64,000 nt of DNA from NCBI GenBank assembly GCA_963845145.1, contig CAWJQU010000005.1, positions 992,001 to 1,056,000 of the forward strand. The letters run 5' to 3'. This stretch comes from an uncultured delta proteobacterium (GTDB lineage: Bacteria; Desulfobacterota; Desulfobacteria; Desulfobacterales; QNYZ01). The stretch's first letter is position 1; every line of letters begins with the position of its first letter. Positions 30,824 to 41,570 of the stretch are shown here, piece by piece. The notes below the pieces were generated by a model that worked only from the letters and a program-made list of their open reading frames with translations, was not told the origin of the DNA and made no database searches. The translations under genes and the position numbers were made by a program.

Positions 30824-30881
30824 AATACGTTTGTTAAGAAAAAACGAATTTCTCGATCGTGATAAGGGGTACTGATTTTAA

Positions 30882-31850
30882 ATGAAAACCGTCGACGAGT
30901 GTATTGAACAACTACTGGCCGGTTCGGTCCGCGCTCTGGCACGGGTCATTACCTGGTTGGAAAATGATGATCCGAACGCTGTTTTGTGTTTGGAAAAACT
31001 CTACCCGCATGCGGGGAATGCCCTCGTATTGGGTCTGACAGGTTCGCCCGGCACAGGGAAAAGCTCGCTGACCGATCAGATTGCGCGCTACTATCGCAAG
31101 CGGGAAAAAACGGTGGGTATTGTGGCTATCGATCCATCCAGCCCTTTTACCGGGGGCGCCTTACTGGGCGATCGGGTACGGATGAATCAATTGGCCGGTG
31201 ATCCGGGTGTATTTATTCGCAGCATGGCCACGCGCGGGTTTTTGGGCGGGCTGGCCCAGGCGACAGACAATGTGATCACAGCTATGGATGCGGCGGGAAA
31301 AGATGTTATTATCGTTGAAACCGTAGGCGTCGGCCAGGACGAAATCGACATCATGCGTATCGCCGACACTATCTGCCTGGTATTGGCTCCGGGTCTGGGG
31401 GATATTATTCAGAGCATGAAGGCCGGGGTTATGGAAATCGCCGATGTCTATGTGATCAATAAAGCCGACCACGAAGGTGCCGACCAGCTGTATTCTGAAA
31501 TCAACAGCCGTATTATGCAGGACGCCAATATCAAATCGGACTATTGGATGCCTCCGGTGGTCAAGACCATTGCGACGGAAAGAAAGGGAATCGAAGAGCT
31601 GGTAGTGGCGATTGAGTCCCACCAACGGCAACTGAAAGATAGCGGTGATTTTTTAAAAATAAAACGTGAACGGATTCGGGAACAAACCTTTCAGATGATT
31701 CACCTTGCCCTTTTTCAGTTGTTAAAAGAACAAATGATTAAAAATGGCCGTATGGAAACCCTTGTGGATGCGATCATTGAAAAAAAAGAAAACCCGTATC
31801 GGGCTATGCAGGGAATCGTGAATGAGTTTATCCATATCCCCACCCGGTAG
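30882..31850 (+). CDS. meaB: Mutase-associated GTPase MeaB
   Basis: GSPGTGKS, IDPSSPFTGGALLGDRVRM, ETVGVGQ, NKAD. Confidence 0.95.
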   Translation: MKTVDECIEQLLAGSVRALARVITWLENDDPNAVLCLEKLYPHAGNALVLGLTGSPGTGKSSLTDQIARYYRKREKTVGIVAIDPSSPFTGGALLGDRVRMNQLAGDPGVFIRSMATRGFLGGLAQATDNVITAMDAAGKDVIIVETVGVGQDEIDIMRIADTICLVLAPGLGDIIQSMKAGVMEIADVYVINKADHEGADQLYSEINSRIMQDANIKSDYWMPPVVKTIATERKGIEELVVAIESHQRQLKDSGDFLKIKRERIREQTFQMIHLALFQLLKEQMIKNGRMETLVDAIIEKKENPYRAMQGIVNEFIHIPTR

Positions 31851-32001
31851 GCGGTACTTTTTGGATTTTACTTGACAAAGTCAAGACGGTTTATAAAAGT
31901 GATTTTTTCGACCCTCGGTAGTTCTGGGGTGCACATGCTTGCCATCCGTCAACAACGATCAATCCGATCAAGATGAATGATATGACTGAAAGGAAATAAA
32001 A

Positions 32002-33556
32002 ATGGGTGTGATGGAGGAGAAGATCAACGATCTTAAGAAGCGCGAGGCAAAAATCCGGCAAATGGGTGGGGAGAAAGCCGTTGCCAAACAAGAGAAAACG
32101 GGAAAGCTAACCGCCCGGCAGCGGATCGGAAAGCTTTTTGACAAAGGAACCTTTCGGGAACTGGACATGTTTGTCACCCATCGCTGCGTCAATTTTGGTA
32201 TGGATGCGGTGGACATTCCCGCTGATGGCGTCGTGACCGGCCATGGCCTGGTGGATGGCCGTCCGGTTTTTGCCTTTGCCCAAGATTTTACCGCCCGGGC
32301 CGGCAGTTTGGGTGAGATGCATGCCAAGAAGATCTGCAAGGTCATGGATATGGCCCAAAAATCCGGTGTGCCCTTCGTTGGATTAAACGATTCGGGTGGC
32401 GCCCGTATTCAGGAAGGCGTGGATGCGTTGTCCGGATATGGCGAGATTTTTTTCCGCAACTCCTGTGCTTCGGGCGTGATTCCTCAGATTTCCGCCATCA
32501 TGGGACCAACAGCGGGCGGTGCCGTTTACTCCCCGGCCATGACCGATTTTGTGTTCATGGTTAAAAACAGCGGGTACATGTTCATTACCGGCCCCAATGT
32601 GATTAAGGCGGTCACCGGTGAAGAGATCACCTTCGAGGCTCTGGGCGGCGCGATGACGCATAATGAAAAGAGCGGCGTGGCCCATTTTGCCTGCGATAGT
32701 GACGAAGACGCGTTGAATCAAATTCGGGAATTGCTCTCCTACCTGCCATCCAATAATATGGAAGACCCACCGATTATTGATACCGGTGATAATCCCCGGC
32801 GCTCCGATCCGGCCTTGAATAGCATTATTCCCGATAACCCGAGCCAGTCTTATGACATGATGGCGGTGGTTCGATCCATTGTTGATAATGGCCAGGTTTT
32901 CGAGCCACATCAGTATTATGCGAAAAATATTCTCGTTTGCTTTGCCCGCCTGAACGGCCGTACCATCGGTATTATCGCCAATCAACCCAAGGTGCTGGCC
33001 GGATGCCTAGACATCGACGCTTCGGACAAAGCGACCCGGTTTATTCGGTTTTGCGATGCGTTTAATATCCCTCTACTGACCATCGCCGATGTTCCCGGCT
33101 ATCTGCCGGGCAGCCAGCAGGAGTGGGGCGGTATCATTCGACACGGGGCCAAATTATTGTGGTGCTATTCCGAAGCGACGGTGCCCAAATTATTGTTGAT
33201 CACCCGTAAAAATTATGGGGGTTCTTATATCGCCATGTGTTCCAAACATCTTGGCGCCGATTATGCCCTGGCGTGGCCGGGAGCCGAAATCGCCGTGATG
33301 GGTGCTGCAGGGCGCGGCCAATATCATACATCGCCGGGAAATCGAACAGGCCGAGGATCCCAAGGCCAAGCGCACAGAGAAAATCGAGGAATATGAAGAC
33401 CTGTTTTCCAACCCTTATTGTGCTGCTGCCCGGGGTTATGTGGATGCGGTGATCGAACCGGCCGAAACCCGGCCGCGACTCATCGACGCGCTTGAGGTCT
33501 TGTGTAGCAAGCGGGAGCTCCGGCCGCCTAAAAAGCACGGTAATATCCCCATGTAG
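32002..33556 (+). CDS. Acyl-CoA carboxyltransferase (PccB/MmdA/transcarboxylase 12S type); +1 frameshift near 33308
   Basis: DSGGARIQEG, DVPGYLPG; C-terminus (AARGYVD..PPKKHGNIPM) in another frame; removing one base restores MGAEGAANII. Confidence 0.9.
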
Positions 33557-33598
33557 CTACCCCTTTAAAAGCCAAATAAATCTAAAAAGGTGTCATTT

Positions 33599-33808
33599 AT
33601 GGATGCAAATGAAAAAAGATTGGCCGCCGCCCTGGCTGCGGTTACGACTTATATCCAGAGCGAGGAGGAAGTGTTGGTCATGCCACCGCCCAAGCGCCCG
33701 GAGCCTCGCCGCTTCGACCAGGGCAACCAGTGGGCCCTTGCCGGACGGCAGGGCATGATGCAGATGCGCAATCTCATGCAGATGAAAACCTTCAACCGCC
33801 TGAGATAG
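33599..33808 (+). CDS. Small carboxylase-associated (epsilon/delta-like) subunit
   Basis: AAALAAV..YI..W...GR pattern; located between the CT and biotin-carrier genes. Confidence 0.65.
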   Translation: MDANEKRLAAALAAVTTYIQSEEEVLVMPPPKRPEPRRFDQGNQWALAGRQGMMQMRNLMQMKTFNRLR

Positions 33809-33856
33809 AACAATACGAGCCATTATACATCCAATTTTTAAGAGGAGACCCATACA

Positions 33857-35884
33857 ATGAGTGATCACGATCAAGTGAAAATGACCGACATGAACTATGA
33901 TGTAAACCGGCCCAAGGCGGAAAACCCCTTGAAGGTTATGGATTTGAGCCTGCGTGATGGCCACCAGAGTCTGTTTGCCACCCGCGGACGTACCGAAGAC
34001 ATGATCCCGGTAGCAGAACTAATGGACCAGGTGGGCTTCTGGGCCGTGGAGACCTGGGGCGGTGCCACCTTTGACACCATGCACCGCTTTCTCAACGAAG
34101 ACCCGTGGGAGCGGATTCGCACACTGAAACGCTACTTCAAGAAAACCCCATTCTCCATGCTGTTGCGGGCCCAGAATCTGGTTGGATACCGTAACTACGC
34201 CGATGACGTGGCCAACGCGTTCATGGACCGCGCCTGCGAAAACGGCATGGATATTTTTCGGACCTTCGATGCCCTCAACGACTACCGTAATTTCCAAACG
34301 GTGGTCCCCAAGATCAAGGAGTACGGAAAGCATTTCCAGGGCTGCATCTGCTATACCATGACCGAACCACGTCTGGGCGGCGATGTGTACAACCTGGATT
34401 ACTACGTCAACAAAGCCAAGGATCTGGAGGCCATGGGTGCCGACAGTATCTGCATTAAGGACATGGCCGGCCTCATCGCCCCCTACGACGCTTACCAAAT
34501 CATCAAAGCGCTAAAAGATGAGGTTAAAGCGCCCATCCACCTGCATAGCCACTTTACCTCCGGTATGTCTCCCATGAGCCATCTCAAGGCCATCGAAGCG
34601 GGCGTAGATATTATCGACACCTGCATGTCTCCTTACGCCTACCGCACATCGCATGCCGCCATCGAACCGTTGGTGATGGCCCTGCTGGGAACCAATCGTG
34701 ACACTGGCTTTGACATCAAGTTGATGGCCCGAATCAATGAAATATTCGAAAAAAAGGTCATGCCCAAGTACAAACACTTGCTGGACGACTCCAAGATGTC
34801 CATCATCGACATCAATGTACTTCTACACCAGACTCCGGGCGGCATGCTCTCTAATCTGGTCAACCAGCTACGCGATATGGATGCTCTGGACAAGATCGAC
34901 GAAGTCTACAAGGAGCTGCCCAAAGTTCGTAAAGATTTAGGCCAGATTCCCCTGGTGACTCCCACAAGCCAGATCGTGGGAATCCAGACGGTCAACAACG
35001 TGCTTTTCGACACCCCGGAAGAGCGCTACAAGATGATCACCGGGCAGGTAAAGGATCTATGCTACGGTCTCTATGGCAAGACCGCCGTACCGATAAACGA
35101 AGAGGTTCAGAAGAAAGCCCTCACGGGCTACGATCGCGGTGAGGAGCCCATCACCTGCCGGCCTGCTGAGGTACTGGAACCCGAAATGGAAAAAGCCAAG
35201 AAAGAGATCGGCGACCTGGCCGTGGACCTGGATGACTTGGTGCTCTACGCTATCTACCCCGTCACTGGTAAGAAATTCCTAAAGTGGAAGTACGGCAAGG
35301 AAGAGCCGCCCGCAGAAGTCAGACCCATCACCATGGATGAAGTGAAAAAAAAGGACGAACTGATCAAAAAAGCCAAGGCCGGAGAGCTAGTAGAGAAAAA
35401 GCTGGATGCGCCGGCTAAAAGCGACAATGCTCGCACCTTTAACGTTTTTGTGGACAATGAGTACTTTAAAGTGGGCGTTGACGAAGTCGGCGGCAGCCCT
35501 ATCTTGCAGTACGCCCAACAGGTCCAGCTTTCCGGCGGAATGCCGGCCGCCACACCTGCGATGCCGGCGGCACTGGCCGCGCCTGTACAGACGGCTCCGA
35601 CAGCTGCTCCGGCCGCCGCACCCGAGAAAAAAGCGGCACCCGCGCCGACTGCTGAACCAGCAGCTGCCGAAGGCACACCCATGACCGCACCTATGCCCGG
35701 TATGATCGTCAACTATGAAAAAAAGGTAGGGGATGCGGTGACCGAGGGCGAAACCGTCGTGATTCTGGAAGCCATGAAAATGGAGAATGCCCTGCCGGCA
35801 CCCTGCTCAGGAACCATCAAGGCCATCAATTATAATAGTGGTGACTCGGTGGCGAAGAGTGATGTGCTCTGCGTGATCGGGTAG
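33857..35884 (+). CDS. Pyruvate/oxaloacetate carboxyltransferase with biotin carrier (PycB/OadA/5S+1.3S type)
   Basis: LRDGHQSL, WGGATFD, IKDMAG, HLHSH, Ala/Pro linker, EAMKM biotinyl motif. Confidence 0.93.
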   Translation: MSDHDQVKMTDMNYDVNRPKAENPLKVMDLSLRDGHQSLFATRGRTEDMIPVAELMDQVGFWAVETWGGATFDTMHRFLNEDPWERIRTLKRYFKKTPFSMLLRAQNLVGYRNYADDVANAFMDRACENGMDIFRTFDALNDYRNFQTVVPKIKEYGKHFQGCICYTMTEPRLGGDVYNLDYYVNKAKDLEAMGADSICIKDMAGLIAPYDAYQIIKALKDEVKAPIHLHSHFTSGMSPMSHLKAIEAGVDIIDTCMSPYAYRTSHAAIEPLVMALLGTNRDTGFDIKLMARINEIFEKKVMPKYKHLLDDSKMSIIDINVLLHQTPGGMLSNLVNQLRDMDALDKIDEVYKELPKVRKDLGQIPLVTPTSQIVGIQTVNNVLFDTPEERYKMITGQVKDLCYGLYGKTAVPINEEVQKKALTGYDRGEEPITCRPAEVLEPEMEKAKKEIGDLAVDLDDLVLYAIYPVTGKKFLKWKYGKEEPPAEVRPITMDEVKKKDELIKKAKAGELVEKKLDAPAKSDNARTFNVFVDNEYFKVGVDEVGGSPILQYAQQVQLSGGMPAATPAMPAALAAPVQTAPTAAPAAAPEKKAAPAPTAEPAAAEGTPMTAPMPGMIVNYEKKVGDAVTEGETVVILEAMKMENALPAPCSGTIKAINYNSGDSVAKSDVLCVIG

Positions 35885-35924
35885 CTTGCCGATGTATCGC
35901 CGGCCGTAAAAAAATAGAACGGCG

Positions 35925-35964
35925 AAAGCGCAGAGAAGTTTTATCAAAACTTCTTTGCGCTTTT
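35925..35964 (+). terminator. Terminator-like hairpin
   Basis: AAAGCGCAGAGAAGTTTT-ATC-AAAACTTCTTTGCGCTTTT. Confidence 0.7.
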
Positions 35965-36052
35965 GGTTTGAATGACGAGATTATAGGGTGTGGGCGAAAA
36001 AATTCCCGGCCATTCATCTTATGATCCGTCGTCTTTGATTAAAGGAGGCTCA

Positions 36053-37214
36053 ATGAAAATCCATGAATATCAAGCCAAGGAGCTGTTTCGCCAATACAAT
36101 ATCCCCATACCTGACGGAGAAGTGGCATTTTCCGCTCTTGATGCGATTGGCGTGGCGGATAAACTGGACGGTTACCCGGTCGTCGTAAAAGCACAAATTC
36201 ATGCCGGAGGGCGGGGTAAGGGGGGCGGGGTCAAGCTGGCCGACAGTGAAGATGCCGTGTCCACGATTGCCAGCGAAATTATCGGCATGACATTGGTCAC
36301 ACCCCAGACCGGTGCCAAGGGACAGTTGGTCAAAAAGGTGTTGGTGGAGCAGGGGCTGGATATTGAAAAAGAGCTATATCTTAGCCTGATTCCCGACCGA
36401 ACCACGGCCAAAATCGTCATTATGGCGAGTATGGCCGGGGGAATGGATATCGAAGAGGTTGCTGCCAAATCGCCTGAAAAGATCATTCGTACGGCCATTA
36501 ATCCCCAGGGTGGGATTCAGCCGTATCATTGTCGGGAGGTCGGCTTTGGGCTTAAACTGTCTCCAATGCTAATAAAGCAGTTGACGCCTGTGCTTGGCGG
36601 CCTTTACCGACTTTTCGTGGACTATGACTGTTCGCTGCTTGAGATCAACCCGCTGGTGATTACGTCCGATCAAAAACTTACTAGCTCTGGATGCCAAGAT
36701 CAATTTTGACGATAATGCGCTATATCGGCATAAGGATATCCTTAACTATCGTGATCTGGACGAGGAAGATCCCCAGGAAATCGAGGCCGCAAAATATAAC
36801 CTCAACTACATTAAGCTTGATGGAAATATCGGTAACATGGTCAACGGTGCCGGGTTGGCCATGGCAACGATGGATATTATCCAACTGGCCGGAGCCGAGC
36901 CGGCCAATTTTTTGGATGTTGGGGGCGGTGCGAGTGCCGAGATGGTTGAAAACGGGTTTAAGATCATTCTGGCCGACGAAAATGTCAAAGGCATTCTTAT
37001 CAATATTTTTGGCGGTATTTTACGCTGCGACGTTCTGGCGGAAGGTGTGGTGGAAGCAGCTAAAAACACCGAAATCAAGGTACCCGTCGTGGTGCGTATG
37101 GAAGGGACCAATGTAGAGAAGGGGCGGAAAATCCTGGAAGATTCCGGGTTGAACTTGACGACGGCCGTGGACTTGAAAGATGCCGCACAAAAGGTGGCCG
37201 ATCTGGTCCGATAG
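36053..37214 (+). CDS. sucC: Succinyl-CoA ligase beta subunit; +1 frameshift at A-run 36672-36676
   Basis: [28 protein letters not shown]; removing one A restores [27 protein letters not shown]. Confidence 0.93.
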
Positions 37215-37258
37215 TCGTAAGGCGCCATATTTTGAGGAAACAGAGAAAAGGAACGGTT

Positions 37259-38128
37259 ATGAGTATATTTGTCGATAAGACCACACGCGTTCTCGTTCAG
37301 GGGATTACCGGTCGGGAGGGGCAATTTCACACCCGGCAATGTATCGCGTACGGTACCCAAATTGTGGGTGGCGTAACGCCTGGTAAGGGGGGACAAAAAA
37401 TGGACGATGTGCCGGTGTTCAATACGGTTAAGGAGGCCGTAGAATTTACCGGCGCCGATTGCAGCCTGATATTCGTTCCGCCCCCGTTTGCCGCCGATGC
37501 TATCATGGAGGCCGCCGATGCTGACGTCGATTTGATTGTGGCCATTACGGAAGGCATTCCCGTCCTGGACATGATGCGGGTGAAAAATTATCTGGCCACC
37601 CGTTCCAGTCGGTTAATTGGCCCGAATTGTCCCGGAATCATCACCCCCGGTGAATGCAAGGTGGGCATTATGCCGGGCCCGACACATAAACCCGGGGGAC
37701 CCATCGGGGTCGTGTCTCGCTCCGGAACCCTCACTTACGAGGTTGTTCATCAACTGACGAGCCAAGGTATCGGCCAGACCACGTGTATTGGGATTGGCGG
37801 AGATCCGGTTAATGGGACGAACTTCATCGACTGCCTGGAGGCATTTCAGGCGGACCCCAACACGACCGGCATCGTTATGGTCGGCGAAATCGGCGGATCC
37901 GCCGAAGAAGAGGCCGCCGACTTTATTACCCAACAGGTCACCAAGCCGGTTGTTGGCTTTATCGCCGGACTCACCGCGCCTCCGGGACGCCGGATGGGCC
38001 ACGCCGGTGCCATCGTCAGTGGCGGCAGTGGCACAGCCCAGGGTAAAATCGATGCCATGAAATCAGCCGGGATTCATGTGTGCGAGAATTTAGGGCGGTT
38101 AGGTGAATTGTGCGCAGAGGTGTTTTAA
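37259..38128 (+). CDS. sucD: Succinyl-CoA ligase alpha subunit
   Basis: [28 protein letters not shown]. Confidence 0.96.
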   Translation: MSIFVDKTTRVLVQGITGREGQFHTRQCIAYGTQIVGGVTPGKGGQKMDDVPVFNTVKEAVEFTGADCSLIFVPPPFAADAIMEAADADVDLIVAITEGIPVLDMMRVKNYLATRSSRLIGPNCPGIITPGECKVGIMPGPTHKPGGPIGVVSRSGTLTYEVVHQLTSQGIGQTTCIGIGGDPVNGTNFIDCLEAFQADPNTTGIVMVGEIGGSAEEEAADFITQQVTKPVVGFIAGLTAPPGRRMGHAGAIVSGGSGTAQGKIDAMKSAGIHVCENLGRLGELCAEVF

Positions 38129-38224
38129 TCGGTTATCCCGTTTGCCGGTTTGTCCGTTTACCCGTTTACTTTTAAGTTGAACGGGTTACCCGGCTAACCG
38201 GCCAACGGGCCAACGGGCCAACGG
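38129..38224. repeat. Inverted arrays of tandem octamers
   Basis: About 5 units like CCCGTTTR, then about 6 reverse-complement-like units YAACGGGC. Confidence 0.7.
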
Positions 38225-38233
38225 AAAAAAACC

Positions 38234-38593
38234 ATGCATGAAATGGGAATTGCCCTGGAGGTCATAAAGATTGCGGAGGCCTCCATCCCCGCGGATATGG
38301 TCGGTGCGCGTGTGGCGCGGGTGAACCTGATGGTCGGAAAATTAGCGGCGGTCGTACCGGATAGCTTGCGATTCTGCTTTGATGTGGCCGGCAAAGATAC
38401 GGCGTTGGCCGGGGCTGAATTGTGTATTGAGGAAATCCCGGTCCGCGTTCGCTGTGAAACGTGTCGCGAAGAGTGGGTGGTGGAAAACCCAGTGTTTCGA
38501 TGCAAAAAATGCGATAGTGGCGCCGTTAAAATAGTCACCGGGCGGGAGCTCGATATCCGCTCCATAGAAGTTGAGGAAAACAACAGCCAATGA
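38234..38593 (+). CDS. hypA: Nickel metallochaperone HypA
   Basis: MHE start, CETC..CKKC, GREL. Confidence 0.95.
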   Translation: MHEMGIALEVIKIAEASIPADMVGARVARVNLMVGKLAAVVPDSLRFCFDVAGKDTALAGAELCIEEIPVRVRCETCREEWVVENPVFRCKKCDSGAVKIVTGRELDIRSIEVEENNSQ

Positions 38594-39357
38594 ATGACTT
38601 GCCGGGTTATACAATGTTAACCTGCCGCCACCGGGGGCATGGAACCCATGATCATCCCCATCATGGGGGTGGGTTAAATGAAAAGGCGAACGAGCGACAT
38701 GAGATCGAAGTCGGCCGTCGGGTACTGGATGCGAACGAGCAGGTGGCCGCAACCAACCGGGAACTCTTCTCCGAACATGGTGTATTGGTTTTAAACGTGA
38801 TGAGTTCACCGGGGTCGGGAAAAACCACGACCTTGGTCAAGACGATTGAACACTTGCAGGCGCAGCGTATCTCCAGCGCCGTTGTTGTGGGTGACATCTG
38901 TACCCACAACGATGCCGATCGTCTGGCCGCCACCGGGGTTCCCTCGATTCAGATCAATACGGAACCATTCGGGGGGGATTGCCATTTAACGGCCCAAGGC
39001 GTGTTGAAGGCTATCGATAGTATCGATCTGGCAACCATCGATTTATTGATTGTCGAAAATGTGGGCAACCTGGTTTGTCCGGCGGAATTCGATATTGGCG
39101 AACATGCCCGGGTCGTGATCTTGAGTGTTACCGAAGGAGAGGACAAACCCCTTAAATACCCGTTGATGTTTCGTCAGTGCGATGTGGCCCTTTTGAACAA
39201 GATCGATCTATTGCCCTATCTCAATTTCGATGCCGCGCTTGCCACGGCCAATATTCACCAGATCCATCCGGAAATGCCGGTGTTGCCTCTATCGGCCCAA
39301 TCCGGCGACGGTTTTGAGCCATGGATTGAGTGGATTCGGGGTATGGTTCAAAAATAG
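38590..39357 (+). CDS. hypB: Nickel incorporation GTPase HypB
   Basis: His-rich N-terminus, SSPGSGKT, CHL, ENVGNLVCPAEF, EGEDKPLKYP. Confidence 0.95.
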   Translation: MNDLPGYTMLTCRHRGHGTHDHPHHGGGLNEKANERHEIEVGRRVLDANEQVAATNRELFSEHGVLVLNVMSSPGSGKTTTLVKTIEHLQAQRISSAVVVGDICTHNDADRLAATGVPSIQINTEPFGGDCHLTAQGVLKAIDSIDLATIDLLIVENVGNLVCPAEFDIGEHARVVILSVTEGEDKPLKYPLMFRQCDVALLNKIDLLPYLNFDAALATANIHQIHPEMPVLPLSAQSGDGFEPWIEWIRGMVQK

Positions 39358-39384
39358 TGCGCGGCATGTTCTTCAAAAAAAAGA

Positions 39385-39416
39385 CAAAAGCCCGATGCTT
39401 GAGCATCGGGCTTTTG
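39385..39416. terminator. Bidirectional terminator between hypB and the tRNAs
   Basis: CAAAAGCCCGATGCT-TG-AGCATCGGGCTTTTG. Confidence 0.85.
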
Positions 39417-39423
39417 CTGTTTG

Positions 39424-39516
39424 TGGCGGAGAGAGAGGGATTCGAACCCTCGGTGGAACTTTCGCCCCACACTCGCTTAGCAGGCGAGCGCCTTCAGCCA
39501 GCTCGGCCATCTCTCC
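39424..39516 (-). tRNA. tRNA-Ser (GCT)
   Basis: GGAGAGATGGCCGAG..CTCGC-CTGCTAA-GCGAG, long variable arm, GGTTCGAATCC, CCA end. Confidence 0.96.
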
Positions 39517-39548
39517 GTATTGAGAACACAATTTTTGGTTTTAGTTTG

Positions 39549-39636
39549 TGGCGGAGGGAGTAGGATTCGAACCCACGTCCCGTTTCCGGGAAACGGTTTT
39601 CAAGACCGCCGCTTTCGACCGCTCAGCCATCCCTCC
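39549..39636 (-). tRNA. tRNA-Ser (TGA)
   Basis: GGAGGGATGGCTGAG..GCGGT-CTTGAAA-ACCGT, long variable arm, GGTTCGAATCC, CCA end. Confidence 0.96.
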
Positions 39637-39834
39637 ATAGCGTGAAAAAAATAGCATCTGAAAGGGTATTGGTCAATACTTAAAGAATGCATGTTTTATG
39701 GATGACGGCAATTTTAAGTGATTTATGAAACGTTTGAAATAAGTCACTTTAAAACCGATTTGTGCTTGACTTGATAGCAATAAATTGTATTTTACACAAA
39801 GAAGACGGCCATAAAATTGACGGGGAGACGGCAG

Positions 39835-40311
39835 ATGAAACAAAAGTTTACAATCATTAAGAATGAAGAACAAAAAAACCTGGTAATCCATGAGTTTGCA
39901 GAGTTAGATAAAGACATCCTTTCGCTGCTATGTGAAGAGACCTACGATGCCGAGAGGATCATTGACGCGATTTCCATTGACAAGGAGGCCCTTATCAAGG
40001 TTCTGCGCACCAAGAATATGTATCCGCCCAGTGCCTATATGAATCAGATCGTGGAGGCGGTAATATCCCTTTACGAAGCGTCCGGAAGCGCGTCGAAAGA
40101 TTTGATGCTAAATGATATGGATCTCTTGCGGCCTGCCGAAGCACAACCGATTCCTGTGATCGAGGAAGCGTTGGAAGACGATGGCGATATTGATGATCTT
40201 CTGGACGATGACGAGGTTGACGATGAGCTGGATGGAAAACTGGAATTAACGAAACTGAAATCATCGTTGAAAATCGCCGATGATGAGCCCGAAGTGGATG
40301 ACGACGATTGA
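39835..40311 (+). CDS. Hypothetical protein with a highly acidic C-terminus
   Basis: GGGAG RBS; 158 aa; Asp/Glu-rich tail. Confidence 0.8.
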   Translation: MKQKFTIIKNEEQKNLVIHEFAELDKDILSLLCEETYDAERIIDAISIDKEALIKVLRTKNMYPPSAYMNQIVEAVISLYEASGSASKDLMLNDMDLLRPAEAQPIPVIEEALEDDGDIDDLLDDDEVDDELDGKLELTKLKSSLKIADDEPEVDDDD

Positions 40312-40338
40312 TCCCCAGACGATGGTAAGGAGCCCAAA

Positions 40339-40848
40339 ATGTTAGAAAAGAAAATTGAACTGGCGCTAAACGAACAGATCAACGCCGAATTCTACTCCTC
40401 TTATTTATACCTGGCCATGGCCTTGTATTGCGACGCCGCGGATCTACCCGGGTGTGCCCAATGGCTTGTAGCCCAAAGCAAGGAAGAGTACGGACATGCT
40501 GAACGATTAATCAAGTTTGTTCAGGATCGCGATGGCGAAGTAGCCTTGGGAAAGATTGATCAACCCCAGGGTACATTTAAATCCGTGCAAGATGTGTTTG
40601 CCACGGTCCTCGCGCATGAACAGGCGGTATCGAAACGGATTCACAAGATTTATGCGCTGGCCGTCAAAGAAAAGGACTATGCCAGTCAGGTGGAAATGCA
40701 ATGGTATGTTAAGGAACAAGTGGAAGAAGAAAAAACGGCTCAGGATATCGTTAAACAGTTAAAACGTGTTGGTTCCGAGGGAACCGCGCTTTTTATGCTT
40801 GATCAGCAAATGGGCCAACGTCAGGCCGAGGCTGCCATTTCCATATAG
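40339..40848 (+). CDS. Non-heme ferritin
   Basis: LNEQINAEFYSSYLY, EE..HA, HEQ, EQVEEE ferroxidase residues. Confidence 0.93.
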   Translation: MLEKKIELALNEQINAEFYSSYLYLAMALYCDAADLPGCAQWLVAQSKEEYGHAERLIKFVQDRDGEVALGKIDQPQGTFKSVQDVFATVLAHEQAVSKRIHKIYALAVKEKDYASQVEMQWYVKEQVEEEKTAQDIVKQLKRVGSEGTALFMLDQQMGQRQAEAAISI

Positions 40849-40865
40849 ACTCCCATGGCATACAT

Positions 40866-40894
40866 ATCCGGAGAGCAGTGCAGACTCTCCGGAT
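40866..40894. terminator. Hairpin between convergent ferritin and mntP genes
   Basis: ATCCGGAGAG-9 nt-CTCTCCGGAT. Confidence 0.55.
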
Positions 40895-40968
40895 TCATTC
40901 AACTATCAGGGGTCGTTTATCCTTTCCCATGAATCCAACTTACATCCTGCCCAGGCCAACGCAATTCT

Positions 40969-41553
40969 TTAAATACCGAAAATGGCAAGGGCACCATGTT
41001 CCCCAAGAATTCGAAAACCGATGAGAAAAAGAACGACGGCCCCGGCCATCTCGGCGTATTTTTTTACCCATGCGATGCGCACTGCCCTGGCACCGATCAT
41101 CATGCCGGCGGCCGTGAATATAGCTGCGGTGCCTCCCACTATCAGGGCCGGCAGCCAGATGGATATGTTGATAAGGGACAGGCTTAAACCCACTGCCAAC
41201 GCATCCAGACTTGTCGCCAACGATAGCATAACCATAAGTGACCCCCGCGTGGGATCTCTTCGCAGGCATTCATCATCATTGGCTTTCAGGGTATTGCGAA
41301 TCATGCTGCAACCCACAAAAGCCAACAATCCAAATGCTATCCAATGATCGTATTGTTCAATGGTTTCGCGTATGGTTAGACCGACACCCCACCCGATAAT
41401 CAACATCATGGCCTGAAACAGGCCGAAATGCCACCATAGGCGGAACATTTGACGGCGGGTCAGCGTTTCCAGGCAAATGCCGGCAGCAATGGATACGGCG
41501 AAAGCATCCATGGCCAAGGCTATGGCGATTCCGGTGGTACTGACTATATTCAT
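40969..41553 (-). CDS. mntP: Manganese efflux pump MntP family
   Basis: ALAMDAFAVS and ATSLDALAVG repeats. Confidence 0.92.
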   Translation of the reverse strand: MNIVSTTGIAIALAMDAFAVSIAAGICLETLTRRQMFRLWWHFGLFQAMMLIIGWGVGLTIRETIEQYDHWIAFGLLAFVGCSMIRNTLKANDDECLRRDPTRGSLMVMLSLATSLDALAVGLSLSLINISIWLPALIVGGTAAIFTAAGMMIGARAVRIAWVKKYAEMAGAVVLFLIGFRILGEHGALAIFGI

Positions 41554-41570
41554 TGGTTATGTGGCGGGTA

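Noticed and set aside
22330..32985. Long antisense ORFs (e.g. 22330-22983, 29005-29619, 32383-32985)
   Set aside because: Shadows of well-conserved genes on the opposite strand, with no motifs of their own.
33300..36680. Programmed frameshifting in the carboxyltransferase and sucC
   Set aside because: No slippery heptamer or stimulatory structure seen; single extra bases are better explained as errors.
39549..39636. Possible tRNA-Sec, given the selenoprotein and a TGA triplet
   Set aside because: The anticodon is TGA (reads UCA, Ser). tRNA-Sec needs anticodon TCA and an 8-bp acceptor stem.
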